From NCBI GenBank assembly GCA_004431415.1, contig QPMI01000553.1, forward strand, positions 1-64,000: a stretch of 64,000 bases of DNA, written 5' to 3'. Position numbers and translations under genes: made by a program. Each line of letters begins with the position of its first letter. The stretch's first letter is position 1. The notes under the pieces were generated by a model. It did not search any database. It saw only the letters and a program-made list of their open reading frames with translations, and was not told the origin of the DNA. This stretch comes from Cyanophora paradoxa CCMP329 (Eukaryota; Plantae; Glaucophyta). Positions 34,301-47,800 of the stretch are shown in pieces.

Positions 34301-35677
34301 ACCGCCCCGTCCCGGTCCGCCCGCCCGCAGAGGAGTAGGGGGGAGATTACATGATGGGAGGAGCGGCCGCTTAGGAAGAGAAGATACGAGCGGCCCGCCC
34401 CGGTCCGCTCGGACCGGAGCCGCGGCCCCGCGGCCCCGCCGCCCCGCGGCCCCGCCGCCCCGCCGCCCCGCCGCTCACGCCCCCCGCAGGTGCCCGTCGC
34501 GCAGCCCGTCGCGCAGCCGGTCGTGCAGCAGGCGAGCCGCGCGCCGCGTTTTCCCCTCGCCTCGCACCCGCGCGCACACCCGCACGCGCGCCCTCCGATG
34601 ACGGCTCGCGCGCGCGTGCGCGCGTGCGGCAGGCGGTGTGCCCCCCGGGGACCGTCCCCATGCAGGTGCGGGGGGCAGGAAGGGAGACGGGGTTTGAAAG
34701 ACGCCGCCTAGCCTCCCTAGCTCTTCTGTTTCTTGAAGGGGGCGCCCTGGGGGTCTTGGAGCCTCGCCCACCGAGCCTCGCCCGCCATGCCAACTCTGAC
34801 GGCGCGCGCTCCGGTGCAGATGGCGGCCGGCTCGCCGCCGGCGATGCGCATGGCGAGCCCGCCCTCCGCTGGCGGCGCCGGCACCCCGACCCGCCTCGGC
34901 ACCCCGCGTGCGCCCGCTCAGACGAACGGCTCAGATGAGACCGCTCAGGTGATGATGACGCCGCCCGCAGTGACCGGCCAGGCCGCCCAGACGACCACCA
35001 CCAGCCGTGCGCTCCCGATCCGCGCCGCGCCCCGTTCGCCGCCCGCCTCCGCCCGCCCCGCGCGCCGCCCCTCACAACGGCCGCGGCCCCGGCGATCAGA
35101 GCGCATCGCGTTCTCATCCGGCAGCACATACACGACAAGTGCGCTCCGCTCCGATCCGATCCGATCCGATCCGCGTCTTACGCCGCCCCTTCCCCTGCAG
35201 TGCCGCAGCAGCAGCAGGGGTACGTGCAGGGGCAGCAGCAGCAGATGGGCCCCTACTCGGCGAGCTCGGCGCCTTCGACGGCGATGGGCGCCACGACGAC
35301 CGCGTACAGCACGGGCGCCCCGCAGCAGGCCGGCTACGCCGCCGGGCAGCAGGTCTGATCTGGTCCGGTCCGAGGGGACGGGTCCGGGCCGGGGCGCCAG
35401 CTAGAGGGGGCGCCGCCCGCCTCCTCACCTGAGCCCTGCCCCGCCCATAAGCCCAGCGTTCTAGATCTAGATCTCCGGGACGGCTCGCGAGAGCCCGCTC
35501 CGCCTCCGCGTGCTCAACTTAGATTTCGCGGGGCGGCAGGGGTACTACACGCAGGGGCAGGGCCCCTACTCGGCGAGCTCGGCGCCCTCGACGGCCGTCG
35601 GCGCGGCGGCGGGGGCCGGGAGCCCCCAGAAGAAGGGACTCCTCTCCAAGCTCGGCCTCAAGCACGGCAACAAGTGA
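31332..35677 (+). CDS. VPV-repeat membrane-skeleton protein (epiplastin/articulin/alveolin-like)
   Basis: More than 20 short exons encoding V/E/P/K/I/R-rich repeats (EKIVEVPVEKIVE, VPVDRIIEKE) between low-complexity head and tail; ends KKGLLSKLGLKHGNK-stop. Confidence 0.85.
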
Positions 35678-36277
35678 GGCGGCAACAGAGACCGGCCCCG
35701 CCCGCGATAAACCGTCCCCGGCCCCGCCCCCGCAGCTGAAGCTGCGCTCATATCCATAAATCGCCCCCCTTTGTACAGCCCCACATTCGTGCAGCCCTAA
35801 AGCCCTCGCCCCGGCCCGCGTATACGTAAATTCAGCCCCGTACTGTAAATCGTTTTAGGTAGTGATTGCTTCTTAGTTAAAAGCTTGATCTGGATAAATA
35901 AATACATCGAATCACTTCCGATCATGATCAGTCAGTAACACAGCCGGCCATGGCCATGGGGCCTGTCGACGTCCTATCTAGGCTAGCGCTGCATGTAGCT
36001 AGCTCTAGCGCTAGCACTCGTTCGCCCCGGCCCCCGCCTCGGCCTCGGCCTCGGCGAGGTCCTCCTCGGCCCCCTCGAGGCGGGCGCCCTGAGCCCCCGC
36101 GCCCGGCCCGCGTAAAGTGAGCCCCGTGTAGGTATTTGCAATTGCTTCTTGGTAAATTTTAAACAGGTTGATCTTGGATAAATAAATACATCGAATCACT
36201 CTTCATGATAAGTAATTATAATCAGATCAGTCAGGAGGCCGGGCCGGCGCCGGGCGGGCCTAGCTAGCGCTATAGCG

Positions 36278-39200
36278 CTAGCATTCGCGATCGTTCGCCC
36301 CGGCTCCGGCCTCCCGATCGGCCTCTGCCTCTGCCTCTGCGAGGTCCTCTTCCGCTTCCTCCAGGCGGGCGCGGGCGGCGGCGAGGGCGCGCCCCGCGGC
36401 GCCCTCCAGCACCAGCAGCGACCCCGCGCACTCCCTGCGGCAAGATCAGATCGGATCGGATCGGATCATATCATATCATATCAGAGAGCACCTGAACGCC
36501 TCGACGCTCTCGCGGAGGAGAACGGTCGCCTCCGCTTCCCCCCCGCCGCCCTCGGCCTCGGCCTCGCGGCGGGCCGCCCGCCGCGCCTGGCGCCGCAGCT
36601 GGGCGCCCAGCGCGTGCAGCAGCGCCGCGACCTCGGGGTGGTGCTCAGGCAGCACCGCCCGCGCCGTTTCCAGCACCTAGAGAAGCTTAAGACTTAAGCT
36701 AGGGAAGAGGGCGGTAGAGGAGGCTCGCCTGGCGGGTGATCGCGGTGGCGCCGGCGTAGTCGCCGGCCTCGAGGCAGCGGGCGCGGAGCCAGAAGCGGGC
36801 CTCAGAGAAGGCCGCGTGGTTCGGGTGCAGCCGCGCGGCGGTCGGCGAGGACAAAGCCGCCCGCACGGCCGCGAGGCCCTCGGCCCTGCAGCCGAGGGCG
36901 TGCATGCGGAGGCCCTCGCCCACGGCCGCGGCCACCTCGTCCCAGGGGCGGCCCTCGGGCTCCGGGCCCCGCCCCCCGCACGCCGAGCAGCGCCACAGCT
37001 CCGGGCCATCCGCCTCCGGGCACGCGTACCCCGGGCACGCCTCCCTCGGGCAGCGTACCCCGGAGAGGAAGCGCTCCCCCTCGTCGGGGGAGCCGCAGCG
37101 GGGGCAGTCGCAGATGAAGAACTTCGTCGTCCGGAGCCAGTCTGGTGTCGAGTTTAGAAGAACTTCGGAAGGAGGGAAGGAGAAGTCTGAAGGAGAAATT
37201 AAAGCGGCGGGCGCGCCCTGGCGCTCGGCGGTGGGCTTCCACAGGTCGACGTAGAAGATGCTCAGCTCCTCCCCGGCCTCCACCGCCCGCACCGCCCGCA
37301 CCTCCATCGCGCCCTGCGGGGGGGAAGGAGGGGGGGATACCAAGCTCAGCAAAGCGGGATTGGGGAGGGGAGTGGAGAGTGGGAGTGGGAGTGGGACCGA
37401 GCTAAGGACGAAGCGGAGTAAGAGCGAAGCGCCGAAGCAGTTAGGAGGGGGCGGGGGGAATATCGGATGGGGGGTACCAAGCGGGAGGCTCTGTAGGGGA
37501 GGAGGGGCTGGAGCGGTGGCGGGGCGGGGCGGGGGGGGGCGGGGGGGGGGGGGCGGGGGGAAGGGGGCGGGGGGCGGGAATATCGATGCGGGTAGAGGCG
37601 TGCAGGCGGATCCGGGGGGAGCTAGGCAGAGGAGATAAGGGAGACCCTAAAGGGGGGGGGGGGGGGGGGCGGGCGGGAAGGAGGAGGGGGATGGGTGGGG
37701 GGTGCGGGGGGGGGGGGGGGGGGGCGGGAAGGAGGGGGGGGGGGGGGGGAAGGGTCGGGCGAAAGAGCTCAGCGCGGGCAGACCCGGGAGGCAACGGGCT
37801 GGCAGTTGGGCACGCAGCTGTGCGGGAAGGTGCCCACCAGCGGCGAGATCGCCACCCCTGCGCCCTCGCAAAACTCAAAAAGAGAACATAATTCCGAATT
37901 TTTGAGATTCCGGTACCCACCGGAGATCTCGTTGACGAGGGGGTCCCCCCGGAATCCGTACGCGTTCGTCTTGAAGGCGCAGAAGAGGTCCACAACGTCC
38001 GAGGCCGAGGCCTGGGCCGAGGCGGCCGGCGGGAGCTTGCCCAGCAGGCGCCGCGCGGCGCGCGTCCAGCGCGCGAGCGTCGCCGGCGGCTGCAGTGCGC
38101 GGTGCGTCTCCATCGCCAGGACCCTGCCCAGGGATCGCGATCGGCTTCCGACGTGGAAAGCTCAAGGCGCGGCTATGGCGCAGCTTAAGTAAGCCATAGC
38201 CATTGCGGTCGGCGCGGCTATGGCCAAGGGCGCTCGCTCGCGATCGCGATTGCGGTCGCAGGGCTCGGCTCAGCGAGCTCGGAATCGGTCTAGATCTAGG
38301 AGATTAGGCTTAGATCTAGGTCTAGGTCTTACAGAGAGGGCGGGCTAATTATATGAGGGCAGGCGCCCGCGAGCGAGGCCCGGCACTCGAGTCATTTTCG
38401 CAAAAGAGAGGGCGCGGCGCAGCGAATTTCGCGCACCTCTCGAGGGTGGACTCGCGATCGCCGCGCCGCATCTGGGAGGCGACGAGGACGCGGGCGGCCA
38501 GCCAGAGGTACCTGGCCACCGCCCCGCCGAGCTCGAGTCAGGTGCCGCATCTAATCTAATCTAAATCCGGGAGGCATTAACCAGGAGGGCCAATCGGAAA
38601 TCTTGATATTGAGGTAATTTAAAGGAGGAGAATATACTAAATGCCTAGCCTAGTAGATATCGACCTAGAACTCGGGGGCGTGGGGCGCACTGGTAGGGGA
38701 CGGCCTCGTCCTGGGCGATGTCGAGGAGGAACGGGGGCAGGTCGCACTCCGCCCCGTGCGCCGCCGCGTCCTCCCGCTTGCACGCCTGCGCCACGCCCGT
38801 GGGCTTAGCTTTGAGCAAGAATTCGATGCTTGAGAGTTCTTCAAGAGGGGGGGGCGGGGCGGGGCGCACGGGGGAGCAGTAGGGGAAGCGGCACTCGTCG
38901 CAGGCCTCGGCGCGGGAGGAGGTGGCGGGGGCGCAGCAGCGCAGGCAGACCGCGTCCATTCGAGCCGTCTCCGGCACCATCGCCTGCGGTCGGGGGCTCG
39001 TCTCAGAGGCCATAGAACGGAAGGCGCCGGGCCGCGCCGCGCACGCCGCTGCGGTCGAGGACGACGAGCTCGCCCGCCTCGATGCGCTCGCGCGCCACGA
39101 AGAGCCGCCCTGCGCCGGGCCGCCGCGTTCAGCCGGTCATGATCGCGAGCGCGCGCGCGCGGGGCGGGGCGAGGCCGCGAGGCCCGGCGCGCGCCGGCCG

Positions 39201-39369
39201 CGGCCCCGCCGCGGCAGATCCAGAGCGCACCTTTCTTCTCCGTGCGCACGAGCTGCGCCTTTGGGGAGAGCGCCGGCGCCCCGGCCACGGCGCCCTTGGG
39301 CTTGACCGCAGGCGCCAGCGCTGGGCCGAATCCGGCGGGCGCAGCGAAGTCTGCGATGTCGTGCGGCAT
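36278..39369 (-). CDS. SET and MYND domain lysine methyltransferase (SMYD family)
   Basis: MYND CLRCC...CDECRFPYCS..C...HGAEC; SET TNAYG, FPHSCVPNC, AVRAVEAGEELSIFY; post-SET FICDCPRC; C-terminal helical PEHHPEVA. Confidence 0.88.
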
Positions 39370-41007
39370 GTTGCCGGCGCGCGAACGTTAACCGCCGCTG
39401 CCGCTGTTGCTGCTGCAGCTGACGAGAATGCGGTGCGCGCGGCCGCCGGGAGCTCAGCAGCTGCAGCCTGGCAGCTAGAGCGGAGCGCGGCAATCCCGGC
39501 CCGGGCCCGCGCGCGCGTGAGCTCGAGCTCGCGAGATCGCAATTGCAAGGCTCGCGAGAGCGCGCGCCGCGCCGGCCCGCGCGCCGCGCCGCGCATGATG
39601 GCATGATGCTGCCTTCGGACCTCCAGCCGATGAGCCGGCCATCGGCGCCGCCTAATTGCTAAGCTTAGCGGCGGAAGCGTCCCGCCGTCGGCGCCGTCGC
39701 GGCGCGCGCGCACCGGCCAGGTTCACACGAACCCTCTCGACTCTCGGCGAAGTTCACACGCTCCCTCGGCGAGGCGCCCGGGCTGCCGCGGCAGCTGCTG
39801 CAGGACGACCCCCCAAACGCCCACGATCGAGTACCCCCTCGCGCCGAAATGATGGCCACGCAAGGTGAAATATCAATCAGTCGTATGAATTCGAAGCGTG
39901 TGCACCATCAATCGGCCATCCTCCTTCGTGCCGCAAGGATGTCGTGCGGCACGGTGCGGGTCGTGCCGCGCGCGGCCGGCCGCGAATTGCCCGCGATTCG
40001 TTCGAATTCGTACGCGTCGTTTTATAATAATTAAGCTGAGACTCGTTTGATCATGATCATGATCCGATGATGATCCCTTTTTTGCAAGTATAATTGCCCG
40101 CTCTCAGAGTCTTGATCCGCCTGGTCCGCGGCGCCAGAACCGCGCTCTATCTGTTAATGACTCAGTGAGTCATGTTCGCTCCTCTAGCGGCTGCTCTTTC
40201 CGAAGTTTGGATTCGCATCGCTCGAATTCCTCTTCGCGTTCCTCCCGGAGCCCGTCTCCTCCGGCCGTCTCGTCGACGTCTTAATTAGCTTCAAGCAGGC
40301 TTCGTTTTGATGACCGATAACGAATTTGATGTTAACGAAATTTGTGTTGTTTGACGTCTTCGTCTCCGATGGCGTCGCGAAAATTTTGAATCATTGAATG
40401 CAAGTTTAAATTTTATATACCGGTCACGATCAAGCTAGCACTAGCTTACGCATCATGGCTTCTCAGTCTGACTTTCCTATCCTATGTGAGCTATAGGATC
40501 GGAAGACTGACATTGGAACTACACTCACGAAAGCAAATTCGAAGCACGGCCCACGCGGCCCACGTAAACACGTCAACGCTCACATGCTAAATCAAACTTG
40601 AGCTTGAAACCGTTTGGAAAAAAGGAGCCCATGAATACTGAGCTGAGACACGATGTTGGATGCAATAAATACAGATACGCAAAGAGAAAAGGCTACATTG
40701 GGAAGTAGAAGAACAGGAGAAGAATAGGGCGTCACCAGCTTATCGATATCTGGCGTCCGCAATAAAACATCGTACCTATTTATCTAGGCTACGTGAGAGC
40801 TAACTGTACTGCGATTTTAATTAAATTAACTGCCTGGGACCTGTTCATTTAAACGAAGTAGGGAGCTACAATACGTGCAGGAAGGGAAGAGCAGAGAACG
40901 AAGAGGGGGGGAGGTACGCCTACTCAATTGGCTGCCTGCGAAATAATACGTGCACGGACGGAAGCGCGTGCGGCGGTAGAGGGGGGGTACGGGCAAACGG
41001 AACGGCC

Positions 41008-44000
41008 CTAAGGGAGGGCCCGGGGTACTTCGAGCTCGCCCAGCTCCACCTCCGCGAGCTGCACCGACCCGATGCCGAGGGCCGCCCCTTCGCGCCCTCC
41101 GGGGCCGGGGGCGGGGGCGGGGGCGGGGCCCGCAGGGTCCTCCGGTGAGCCCGGGGTACCGATCTCGATCTCGCCGAGCCCGGCGAGCCCGGCCTCGAGC
41201 TGCGAGAGGTCCGCGGAAAGGCGTACCCCCGCGACGCCGGCGCCGTCCGCGGGCCGCCCGCGGGGCGTGCGGGGCAGCGCGCCGCCCGCCCCCGAGGCCG
41301 AGGAGGGGTCCACCAGGGCCGCCGCGAGCGCGGGCTGGGGCTGGCTCGACCGCGACGCCATCATCGCCGCCCGGCGCGCCTGGAGCATCACTGCGCGCGC
41401 AGGGCGCGTCAGCTGCAGGTCTAGAGGCGTGTCCGGCTCCAGCAGGGGAGAACACGCACGGCCTTTGCGGGAGTTGATCGAGTCCTCGCTGTCCGTCGCC
41501 TCGGCCCCCGGGTCCGCCTCCGTCGCCGTTGGCGTCGCTGGCGTCGCCGCCCGCTCGCGAGGGGTGTGCAGCAGGGCGGCGCCCGAGCCCGAGGCGAGGC
41601 AGCGGGAGAGGGCCGAGGAGGGGTCGGCGAGGGCCGCCGCCAGCGTTGACTGCGTGGAGCGCGGGCCCATCGCCGCCCTCCGCGCCTGCAGCAGCACTGC
41701 ACGCACTGCGTAAGCGGGACGCGCCGCGCCCCAGAGGCAGCGGCAGACGCGCGCACGGCCTTTGCGGGAGTTGATGGAGTCCTCGCTCTCCGCAGGCTCG
41801 TCGGGGTCCCGCTCGGAGGGCGTCACTGCGGCCAAAGCGAGCTCGATCACGGGCGGGGCGAGGGGGCCGGGGCCGGGACGAGCGGGCGGGCGGACCGGGC
41901 TGGCGGAAGGCGCGGGGGAAGCTGAGGCAGGCCTGCCCGTCGCCCAGCGCGAATACGTCGGCGGACTCCGGCGGGGGCCGCTCCCCGCGGGATCGGGAGG
42001 AGGAGGAGGAGGTCGTGGCGGTCGGGGAGGGCCCGAGCCCCCCTCCCCCGTCCCGCTCCAGGTTGGCCAGGCAGTAGCGCCGGCGGCCGCCGGGGATGGC
42101 CGGGCAGAGCCGGACGCGGGCGGCCAGCAGGTCGAACGTCTCGAAGTCGAAGTGCTGGAAGAAAAGAGCCTCGAGGGTGGCGCCCTGGGCCGCCCCGTAC
42201 GACACGCGGGCCTTGACGAGGAACTCCGTACCCGTGCGCTTGGGCGAGCCGACGGCGGTGACGTACTCCTTGAGCTCGATGGGGTGCTCCGAGGCGGCGT
42301 TGAGGGCCCGGACGACCTCCCGGATGAGGTACGACCCGCTCTCGGGGGGCAGAACGACGCTCTGGAAGGCCGTCCCGTTCCGCGTCGACCGGCCGGCGCG
42401 GGGCTCGTAGCCCCCTGCGCCTCCCCCGCGCCCGCCTGCCCGCTTGGAGAGCATGGAGATGCCGTTGAAGCGGAGGGCGATGCAGAGGGGCGCCGAGATC
42501 GTGACGAGGGCGCCCAGCAGCAGGAACGCGTTCTCCCACTGCACGCGCGGAATGTGAGAAGAGGAGGAAGGCGGGAGAGTCGGCGGCGTGAGAGCAGGCT
42601 CGTCCTAGAGGGGCTACGCTGCGTATTCGCTGCGTAGAGGCGGGAGAATGGGCGGCGCGCGTCTTAGAGAGGCTCGTCCTAGAGGGGCTACGCCGCGTGT
42701 ACGCCCGCCCTGGAGGGAACGCTTTGTTCGCAGTGGCGGGGGCGGGGGCGGGCGCACGGCGGGGACGAGGAGGAAGAGGAGGCCGCCGAAGAAGGCCCCG
42801 AAGTTGCCTGCGGGGCGTGAGGGGCCAGGAGGGGAAGGGGGGGAGAAGAGGGAGGGGTATCGCGCACCGCCGGCGGCGACGATACCGGAGGCCGAGCCGA
42901 GGGCGCGGCGCGTGAGGAGGGGCACCAGGGCGAAGGTGGCGCCGGCCCCCGCCTGGGCGCACACCGCGAAGGCCGCCAGGGCGAAGAGCGAGGCCGGGAG
43001 GGACTCCATACGGGAGAAGAGGAGGAGGAGGAGGCCCTCCCCCAGGAGCGCGAAGAAGAGGAGCTGGATGCGGGCCCGCACGCCCCAGCGCCGCGCCAGG
43101 AGGTCCGAGAGGATGCCGCCCAGCGGCCGCGAGATCAAATTCATGCATCCGAAGAGCGCGGCGGCGAGGGAGGCGCTGCCCAGGGACAGGCCGAAGCGGT
43201 CGACGTAGAAGACCACCGCGAAGTTGTAGGCGATGAGCTCGACCCCGAAGCTGGCGCCGTAGGAGACGGCGAGGAGCCACGAGCGGTAGTCGCGGGCGGC
43301 CACGCCGAAGGCGGCCAGCGGCGAGGCGCGGGGCAGGAGCCCGCGGGCGCGCATCGCGGACCAGGAGCCGGCGGGGAGGTCCCGCGCCAGGAACCATAGG
43401 AGGGCGGAGAGGGCGGCGGCGAGGGCGGCGGGGAGCGCGAGGGCGGCGCGCCAGGCCCTGTCGGGGGCCACGCCCGAGGCCACGATCGCCTCGTAGAGGG
43501 CCGGCATGACCAGCTGGGCGACGCCGCCGCCGAGGTTGCCCCAGCCGGCGGCGATGCCCAGCGCCGAGCCGACGACGGCCGGCGCGAAGAGGATGGAGAC
43601 GTGGTGCTGGCAGGGCACGAGGGCGCCCCCGAGGAACGAGATGAAGAAGCGGGCGGCGGTGAGGCCGGCCGCGCTGGTCGAGCAGGCGGCGAGGCCGACG
43701 GTGAGCGACCCGGCGGCGAGCACGAGCGACTGGGCGAGGCGCGGGCCGTAGCGGTCGGAGACGACCCCGACGACGACGCGGGAGAGGATGGGGCCCGAGA
43801 CCGCGATCGCGTTCGCTGCGGCGAAAGAGGCGAAGAGTGCGATCAGCGCAGGGCGGATCGGAGGGGCGCGGGCCGGGGCAGCGGGCGGGCGCACAGACGA
43901 CGAGCTCTGTGTGGCCGAGCTCGAGGCCCGAGGCGATCACGGGGAGCAGCGGCGGGATCGAGAACCAGCCGATGAACGCCACGAACATGCCGAGCCACTG

Positions 44001-44582
44001 CGGCGCGGCGCCCGACCTCGCGTCAGAGCGCGCGGGTGCGGTCATTCCGGCCCCGCCGCCCCAACCGACCTGTAGGTGGAAGGAGCGCATGCTGCGCATG
44101 CGGAGCGGGGGGCGGCGAGGGGCGGCGCGATCGGCCGGGTCAGACTGGCGGCGACCCGAGCGCCGGGCGGCGGCTGCGGCGGCGGCGGGACGCGCGGGGG
44201 GCGCACTGGTATCTGACGTCGCCGCGCATGCGGAAGGGCCACGCGCTCACGCAGCGGTTGAGCGAATCCACGCTCCCCGGCGCCTCCTCCTTCTCCCACG
44301 GCTTCTTCGCCTCGAAGCCCGGCATGCGGCAGTCCCCCGCCCGGATGCTGCGCGTGCGGGGCGCACTCAAGTCCCGCCGCGGGAGCGCGGCGCTCCAGCG
44401 CCCGGGCGGGCGCACCGGTCAAGCACCGAAGCGCCCCGCACGCTCCCATCGAAGGGAGCGCTGCCGTAGACGGAGTTCTCTGGATCGGAGGACGCCCCGC
44501 GGAGGCTGTCCTCGGAGAAGCGCCTTCGCTCCAGCGTCGATGCGATGACACCATCGTCTCCGGCGGACGATCTTTTGCCCAT
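41008..44582 (-). CDS. NRT2: High-affinity nitrate transporter (NNP/MFS family) with long N- and C-terminal extensions
   Basis: PHMRSFHL, SDRYGPR, nitrate signature AAGWGNLGGG, YGASFGVEL, FGCMNLISRPLGGILSD, GATFALVP, GIVAAGGNFG. Confidence 0.92.
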
Positions 44583-44882
44583 GGCGGCGGCCTAACGCCC
44601 GCCCCCGGCCCCTACTTCCTCGGAAGGAGCTCTGGTTTGGGGCGATCGCCGGGCGAGGTTCCCCCACGCGCGCCGCTTCCCGCACTGGAGGGCACGGAGC
44701 GATCCTCAGCGCTGAGGCGTCATGCTGCGCCGAGTCGGCAGCCTTGCTGCTGCTCGACGTTCCAGACGCCTGCTCAGCCCAGATCGAACACGCCCGACGT
44801 CTGCTCGCAAGTGATCTCGTCCTCTGTTCAGAAAAAAGGAGGGGGAGATATTCTCGCCGGGTACGGCGCGATCGATCAGGCG

Positions 44883-47800
44883 ATGGGCGAGGAAGCTGGC
44901 GGGGCGCCCGGCGGCCCCAGCGGCATCCTTGCGCACTTCTGGGACCTAAGCGGCCTCGACGCGGGCAAGCGGGCTCAGGCCACCGTCGAGCTGGTGAACG
45001 CACTCAAGAAGGAGCAGGCGGACCATGACAAGGCGCTCAAGAAGGCGAAGAAGGGGGCTGCTGCCGGCGCGGTCGCAGCGAACGCGCAGTGCGCGGGCCT
45101 GCAGTACGCCGTGAAGCGGCTGGTACGCGGGCTCGCATCCTCGCGCGAGGGCTCCCGCCAGGGCTTCGCGACCGCCCTAACCGAGGTGCCTCGCGCTATC
45201 CGCGACTCCGATCGCCATAGCTGAGGCCCGCCGCGCGCCCCAGGTCCTCGCCGAGTTCCCGATCGTGAGCGCCGAGAGCGTCCTGGAGCTCATGCAGGAG
45301 GCTTTCCAGGTCACCGGCTCGGCAAAGGGCCAGGTGCGCATCCGCTTGCCGGCAGAAGCGGCCGCGCACGCCCCCGCCGTCCTTGACGCGCGACTGGCGC
45401 ATACGCGGCTTGCAGGAGGAGGCGGACGCATACTTCGGGCACGTCTTCGGGTGCATCGCGCTCGTGCGCTCCGGGCGGTGCGCGGACGAGGCCGGAGCGC
45501 GCCGGGTCGCCGAGGTGCTGGTGAAGATGGCCGCCAAGAAGAGCTACCTGCGCGAGATCGCGTACGCGGCCCTCTGCATGCTCCTCGAGCGGGTGCGAAC
45601 GAAGCGGAGCGATGCCGCGCGACGTAGTGATGCGATGCGATGCGCGGCGCGGGGCGGCGCGTGACGCGGCCTGCCGCGCCGGCAGGTGGACGTCGCGACG
45701 TTCGAGTCGGCGGTGCTGCCGCTGGTCGAGGAGCAGCTGCGGGCGGCGCCCGGCGACTACACGCCGGAGCTCCTCGCGCTCGCCATCAAGGCCCAGATGA
45801 CCTACGACGTGCGCCCAGCCCAGCCCCGGCCGCCCCGGCCGCCCCGGCCGCCCCGAATCCGCGCCGACGCCGACGCCGTCCGCGCCCGCGCAGTACGATT
45901 TCAAGGGCCGCTGCTGCCCGGACTGGAAGCACGCGCGCCTCCTCCACCGCAAGTTCCTACCCCGCCTCCTCGGGCCCCTCAAGGCCCGCCCCCGCCCCCG
46001 CCCCCGCCCCCGCCCCCGCCCCCGCCCCCGCCCCCGCCCCCGCCCCGCCAAGCTTCGCCTCCTATCTATCTAAGCTTCGCCCCGCCACGCTTCGCCCTCC
46101 ATCTGTCTCTATCTTATCTCAGCTATCTCAGGCGGCGAGCGCGGCGCACCCGCGGACGCACCTGCTCTGGGGCCTGATCCTGGAGCACGTCACCGGCGAC
46201 GCCTCGCTCTCCGCCCCGCTGCTGGGCGACGCCGGCGCGGCGGCGGCGGCCCCGGGGGCGCCCCCGCAGCAAGGGCTAGCAGACGAGCCGCTGCTCTTCG
46301 AGCTCTGGGAGCGCGCCGTCGACGGTGCGAACCGGCCGGCCGGCCGGCCGCTCCTCCAATGCTAAAAGGACGTGGGGGCGGGCGCAGGCGGGCTGCTGCA
46401 GGCGGAGTCCCACCAGTCGAAGTACCTCGCCCTTCGCCTCTTCGAGGCGCTGCTGCCCAGGGCGGGCCCCGCCGCCGGGCCGCGGCTCCTGACGCCCTCG
46501 CTGCTCCGCTGCATCGCGAACAACCTGCACGGCTCGGAGAACTACCTGCACGCCGCCGCCAAGCACGTCGTCCGCTCCATGACGGCCGCCGCCGAGCGCG
46601 AGCCGGCTCTGGCCTTGGCGCTAGCCGCCCGCCTCCTCGCCCGCCACGCCGACGGCGGCGCCGAGCGCGCCGCGCGCGCCCGCCTCGCGGAGGGCATGCT
46701 GGGCCGCCTGGACCTGCCCGGCGTCCGCGCCTACACCCGCTTCCTCTTCCGCCTCTTCCTGCACGCCCCGAGCCGCCCCGCGGGCGAGGGCGAGGGCGAG
46801 AAGGATGGCGCGGGCGCCGGGGGGGTCCTGGGCGAGCGGGAGGCGGCGGAGGAGCGGGAGCGGCACCAGGCGTGGGTCGCGAACCACCTCTACGCCCTCT
46901 TCCAGAACCGCCGCGTGCCCCGCACCGAGGCCTGGTGCCTCTCCGTGCTCAAGGCGAGCAAGGCCGAGCTCTCCGCTTGTTACCGCGCCCCGCCCCGCCC
47001 CGCCGGCTTCTGACTTGTCGCCCCGGGCGCGCGCAGTTCTTCGCGATGCACGCGTTCTTCCGGCCGGCGGCGCCCGGGCAGGAGGCGGGGCCCGCCCCCG
47101 AGCTCTCGGAGGAGGACGGGGCGGAGCTGGGCGAGGCCGAGGAGGAGGCAGCGCTGGTGGCGGCGGCGGCGCGGGGCCCGGCGCCCCTAACGGCCGTGCA
47201 GGCCCTCTGCCAGACGCGCCTCTTCGGCGCGATCGCGGAGCTTTCGTCGGGGGCCGTACCCCCCGAGGTCCACCCGGCGCCGGCGCCGGCCCCGCCCGAG
47301 GATGGCCCCAAGGCCGACGGGGAGGGCGAGGGCGAGGGCGAGGGCGAGGGCGAGGGCGCTACTGCCAAGAGCAACAGCAAGAACAACAAGCGCAAGCGGC
47401 GCGAGCGGAAGGATGCGGCAGCCGCGGCAGCCGCGGCGGCGGCGGCGGCTGTGCCGCGGAGGGCGCACCCGGAGTGCACATCCGACGGGAGCCTCTGGGT
47501 ACACAAAGTCAACGCCTTCCTCGCCTCCATCGAGAAGGTCAGATGATATCTGAGCTCCGATCTCATCTGAGCCTCTGAGCTCCGATCTCATCTGAGCTAG
47601 AACCTTGGCTAGCGGCCCCCGCCCCTTACGCGAAGCTTTAGCTAGCTAGCGGCCCGCGCCAAGCCTGGCCTGGCCCGGCCCGGCGTCCCACCCAGCTCGC
47701 CGTCCCACCCAGCTCGCCCTCGGCTGACCCCCTCCGGCCCTCTCGCATCGCATCGCAGAGCCACGGGGCGGAGCTGGCGGCGGTGCCCGGGGCGGAGAGC

